Positions 61,665-64,000 of a stretch of 64,000 bases of DNA are shown here, in pieces. Both the position numbers and the translations under genes were made by a program. The first letter of the stretch is position 1. Each line of letters opens with the position of its first letter. The stretch is taken from the NCBI GenBank assembly GCA_964540055.1, contig CAZILC010000001.1, forward strand, positions 40,045-104,044, read 5' to 3'. This DNA is from an uncultured Gammaproteobacteria bacterium. GTDB lineage: Bacteria > Patescibacteriota > Microgenomatia > Levybacterales > UBA12049. The notes beneath the pieces were generated by a model. That model saw only the letters and a list, made by a program, of their open reading frames with translations, was not told the origin of the DNA and did no database searches.

Positions 61665-62810
61665 TTAAACTTGTAAAATATGCACAACAGCGGTTGCTCC
61701 AGTGCCACCAACATTTTGCGTTAAACCTACTTTTACACCATCTACTTGTTTTTTCCCACCCCGGCCGATAAGTTGCTCATAAACTTCAACAAGTTGTTTG
61801 ACTCCCGTCGCACCTACAGGGTGGCCACAAGCTTTTAGTCCTCCCGAAGTATTTACAGGTTTTTTGCCGCCAAGTTTGGTCGCACCGCTTGCGACAAATG
61901 CACCTCCTTCTCCTTTTGCACAAAATCCTAAATCCTCCATAGCCAATATTTCAGCTATCGTAAAACAATCATGCACTTCCATAATATCGACATCTTTATG
62001 AGTAATTCCCGCTTGTTTAAAAGCTTTCATTCCAGCATCTTTGGTCGCGGCTAGCTCCGTCAAACTAACTCTTCCGGACAATGAAAGTGAATCTGTTACG
62101 ACACTGCTTGCAGAAATAAAAACATCTTTGCGGTCTTTCTGTTTTGTTGGTTGTGCCCGTAAAACTAGCGCAGCAGCTCCATCAGTAATCGGCGAAGAAT
62201 CGAGAAGCGTAAAAGGATCAGTTACTTTTGAACTGTTAAGAACTTTTTCAATTGAGATTTCAAAGGGAAATTGTGCTTTTGCATTGAGGCTTGCATGATA
62301 ATGATTTTTTACCGCAACCTGTGCCATATGTTCGCGTGTTGTTCCAAATGCTTGCATATGTGTTTTTGCCAACAATGCATAGAGTGCCGGGAATGTTAAA
62401 CCTGCAAGTCTTTCTTCTTCGGATCCGGCTCCCATTAAAAGCGCACTAATTTTCTCTGGTGCAAAATCTGTCATTTTCTCAGCACCTACTACAAGAACCG
62501 TTTTATATGTTCCAGCCAGAAGAGATTGAACAGCAAGATGCACAGCAAGTCCGCCAGATGCACAAGCGCCTTCGACTTTGAATCCTCCCGATCGAATTCC
62601 TAAGGAGGATGCAACAGCAGCACCGATATGCTCCTGGTTTTGTAAACTTCCCGAAAGCATATTACCAACAAAAACAGCTTCAATTTCTTTCACATTACTT
62701 TGCGCATCTCTAATCGCTTCCAAAGAAGCTTCCGTTGCCAGATCAAGAAGGGTTTTATCCCAATGTTCTCCAAATTTCGTAACTGCCGCTCCGGCGATGT
62801 ATGCTTTCAT
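61665..62810 (-). CDS. acetyl-CoA acetyltransferase (archaeal/SCP-x-type thiolase)
   Basis: 381 aa. EGACASGG (nucleophile Cys), a C-terminal ...GGLKACGHPVGATG (His), and NVGGTGAT in place of the usual Cys-containing thiolase block. Confidence 0.85.
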   Translation of the reverse strand: MKAYIAGAAVTKFGEHWDKTLLDLATEASLEAIRDAQSNVKEIEAVFVGNMLSGSLQNQEHIGAAVASSLGIRSGGFKVEGACASGGLAVHLAVQSLLAGTYKTVLVVGAEKMTDFAPEKISALLMGAGSEEERLAGLTFPALYALLAKTHMQAFGTTREHMAQVAVKNHYHASLNAKAQFPFEISIEKVLNSSKVTDPFTLLDSSPITDGAAALVLRAQPTKQKDRKDVFISASSVVTDSLSLSGRVSLTELAATKDAGMKAFKQAGITHKDVDIMEVHDCFTIAEILAMEDLGFCAKGEGGAFVASGATKLGGKKPVNTSGGLKACGHPVGATGVKQLVEVYEQLIGRGGKKQVDGVKVGLTQNVGGTGATAVVHILQV

Positions 62811-63841
62811 ATATTTTTGGTTTTTTTCAAATAATCGAGATAATCAATGGTGATCTTATTCTCGATAAACTGTTTGACAGTAGCATCTGATGCTTTCCTT
62901 TCAATGTGTTTGGTCGTCTCGAAAATAAATCCATCAGATCCAGCTCCAGATCCGTAGGAAACAAAAAAGATTTTTTGGTGAGGTTTGGCAATATCTAGCA
63001 CACCTGCCAGCCCTACAAGTGCTGATGCGGTATAGGGATTCCCGATTGATTCTACGATCAAAGACGGCTTGATCTGCGCATCGGTGAATCCTAATTTCTT
63101 TGCAGCATTACGCGGGAATTTACCATTTGGCATATGAAAAACACAATAATCAAAATCTGAAGGCTGCATGCCACTCTCTTGCAATAACTTTTTTCCTTCA
63201 CTTAACACATGATTGAAATACGCCGGCTCCCCGGTGAAACGTCCTGCATGTGAAGGATATCGCGCTCCGTCACGCCGCCAGAAATCCGGAGTATCGGATG
63301 TATACGAAGACATAGAAAGAATCTGCGCAATTACGTCGGCTTTATCATCACCCACAACATATGCTGCTGCTGCACTACCCGCAGTAAATTCCAATACATC
63401 TCGAGGTTTGGCCTGTGCGGTATCGGCTCCAATGACCAACCCATACTTAATTTTCTTGCTGTCAACCAATCCTGCCGTAATTTCCATTCCAGTTGTAGCA
63501 GCTTTGCAAGCAAATTCCAAATCCGCTGCAAAATAATCATTGCCTACCCCAAGAATTTCTGCAATTGTCGATGAAGACGGATTAACTGCATAAGGATGAC
63601 TTTCTGATCCGACAAATAAGCTTTGTATAGCATGGGCGTCTAATTTTGCGCGCTTAAGAGCTATTAAACTTGCCTCAACTCCTATGGTAATAGCATCTTC
63701 ATCAATAGCAGGAACTGCTTTCCCCTTAATTTGCAAAGCCCCGATAATTTCCATAGGCTGTTTATCCCATGCCAAAGCAATATCTTCAAGTGAAATTCTG
63801 TATCGGGGTATATACACCCCATATGATAAAATGCCAGCCAT
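62807..63841 (-). CDS. mvaS: hydroxymethylglutaryl-CoA synthase (short archaeal-type, 344 aa)
   Basis: GILSYGVYIPRYRI, FACKAAT (active-site Cys region), CVFHMPNGKF, SYGSGAGSD. Confidence 0.85.
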   Translation of the reverse strand: MAGILSYGVYIPRYRISLEDIALAWDKQPMEIIGALQIKGKAVPAIDEDAITIGVEASLIALKRAKLDAHAIQSLFVGSESHPYAVNPSSSTIAEILGVGNDYFAADLEFACKAATTGMEITAGLVDSKKIKYGLVIGADTAQAKPRDVLEFTAGSAAAAYVVGDDKADVIAQILSMSSYTSDTPDFWRRDGARYPSHAGRFTGEPAYFNHVLSEGKKLLQESGMQPSDFDYCVFHMPNGKFPRNAAKKLGFTDAQIKPSLIVESIGNPYTASALVGLAGVLDIAKPHQKIFFVSYGSGAGSDGFIFETTKHIERKASDATVKQFIENKITIDYLDYLKKTKNI

Positions 63842-63843
63842 AA

Positions 63844-64000
63844 TTACCTTCCCAACTGCTTATGAGCTTTTCCCAAACTTCCTTCTGCCAAACTCGCTAA
63901 TAGTGAAATTTCTCCGGCTAGAACTCCGGCTGCAATAATTTCAGCAAACTTTTCGACTTTTCCATCACCAGACACACCAAGAAGCTTTAGTGCCTCCTGT
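63844..64000 (-). CDS. HMG-CoA reductase, C-terminal fragment (N-terminus beyond window)
   Basis: The minus-strand translation ends ...QEALKLLGVSGDGKVEKFAEIIAAGVLAGEISLLASLAEGSLGKAHKQLGR*. The stop lies 2 nt before the HMGCS ATG. Confidence 0.65.
   Translation of the reverse strand, partial: QEALKLLGVSGDGKVEKFAEIIAAGVLAGEISLLASLAEGSLGKAHKQLGR

Noticed and set aside
1-64000. CRISPR arrays, tRNA/rRNA genes, IS elements, integrases, prophage or defence-system genes
   Set aside because: I looked through all intergenic regions of 100 nt or more and all ORFs. There are no direct-repeat/spacer arrays, no tRNA-like cloverleaf candidates, and no transposase, recombinase, nuclease or helicase signatures.
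1-64000. Alternative genetic code (for example UGA reassignment as in some CPR lineages)
   Set aside because: Long conserved ORFs are intact under the standard code, and TGA is used as a genuine stop (for example at 5582..5584 and 6211..6213).

Overview
This is a 64 kb bacterial window, about 90% coding and roughly 40-45% GC by eye. I call 79 protein-coding genes, one of them frameshifted. I saw no rRNA, tRNA, CRISPR array, transposase, integrase or phage genes. Contents, in order: small VOC/DHFR-like genes; an ArsR-SRPBCC pair; mscL; a membrane-anchored blue-copper protein; two HlyD-ABC-FtsX (MacAB-like) pumps, one with a divergent TetR; secreted SGNH and alpha/beta hydrolases with Pro/Thr linkers; an ApbE plus FMN-binding flavinylation pair; an OmpR/HK two-component system next to an LTXXQ-type protein; a Zur-ZIP operon; a sugar-phosphate cluster (glycerate 2-kinase, one fused and one split transketolase, class I FBA, IMPase/FBPase, PfkB kinase); GH18; PBP1A; an archaeal-type PPAT/DUF359 fusion; and a 10-gene mevalonate-to-UppS operon that includes the archaeal-style HMGCS/thiolase/DUF35 trio. 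The repertoire (DUF5652, LTD protein, PT-linker exoproteins, class I FBA, split transketolase, archaeal-type CoA and isoprenoid enzymes, no respiratory genes) suggests a CPR/Patescibacteria (Microgenomates-like) genome, but that is inference only. I did not find a clear-cut novel multi-gene system such as a defence island. The most notable observations are: (1) the archaeal-flavoured mevalonate and CoA modules in a bacterial context; (2) a pervasive promoter-abuts-ATG (leaderless) architecture; (3) six unrecognisable singleton ORFs, each with its own promoter; (4) an LTD gene broken twice at homopolymers; (5) two unusual non-coding elements, an AT-rich 10-mer inverted array and a GC-rich core flanked by 19-20 nt inverted repeats. 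All functional calls rest on motif recognition from memory; no searches were run.
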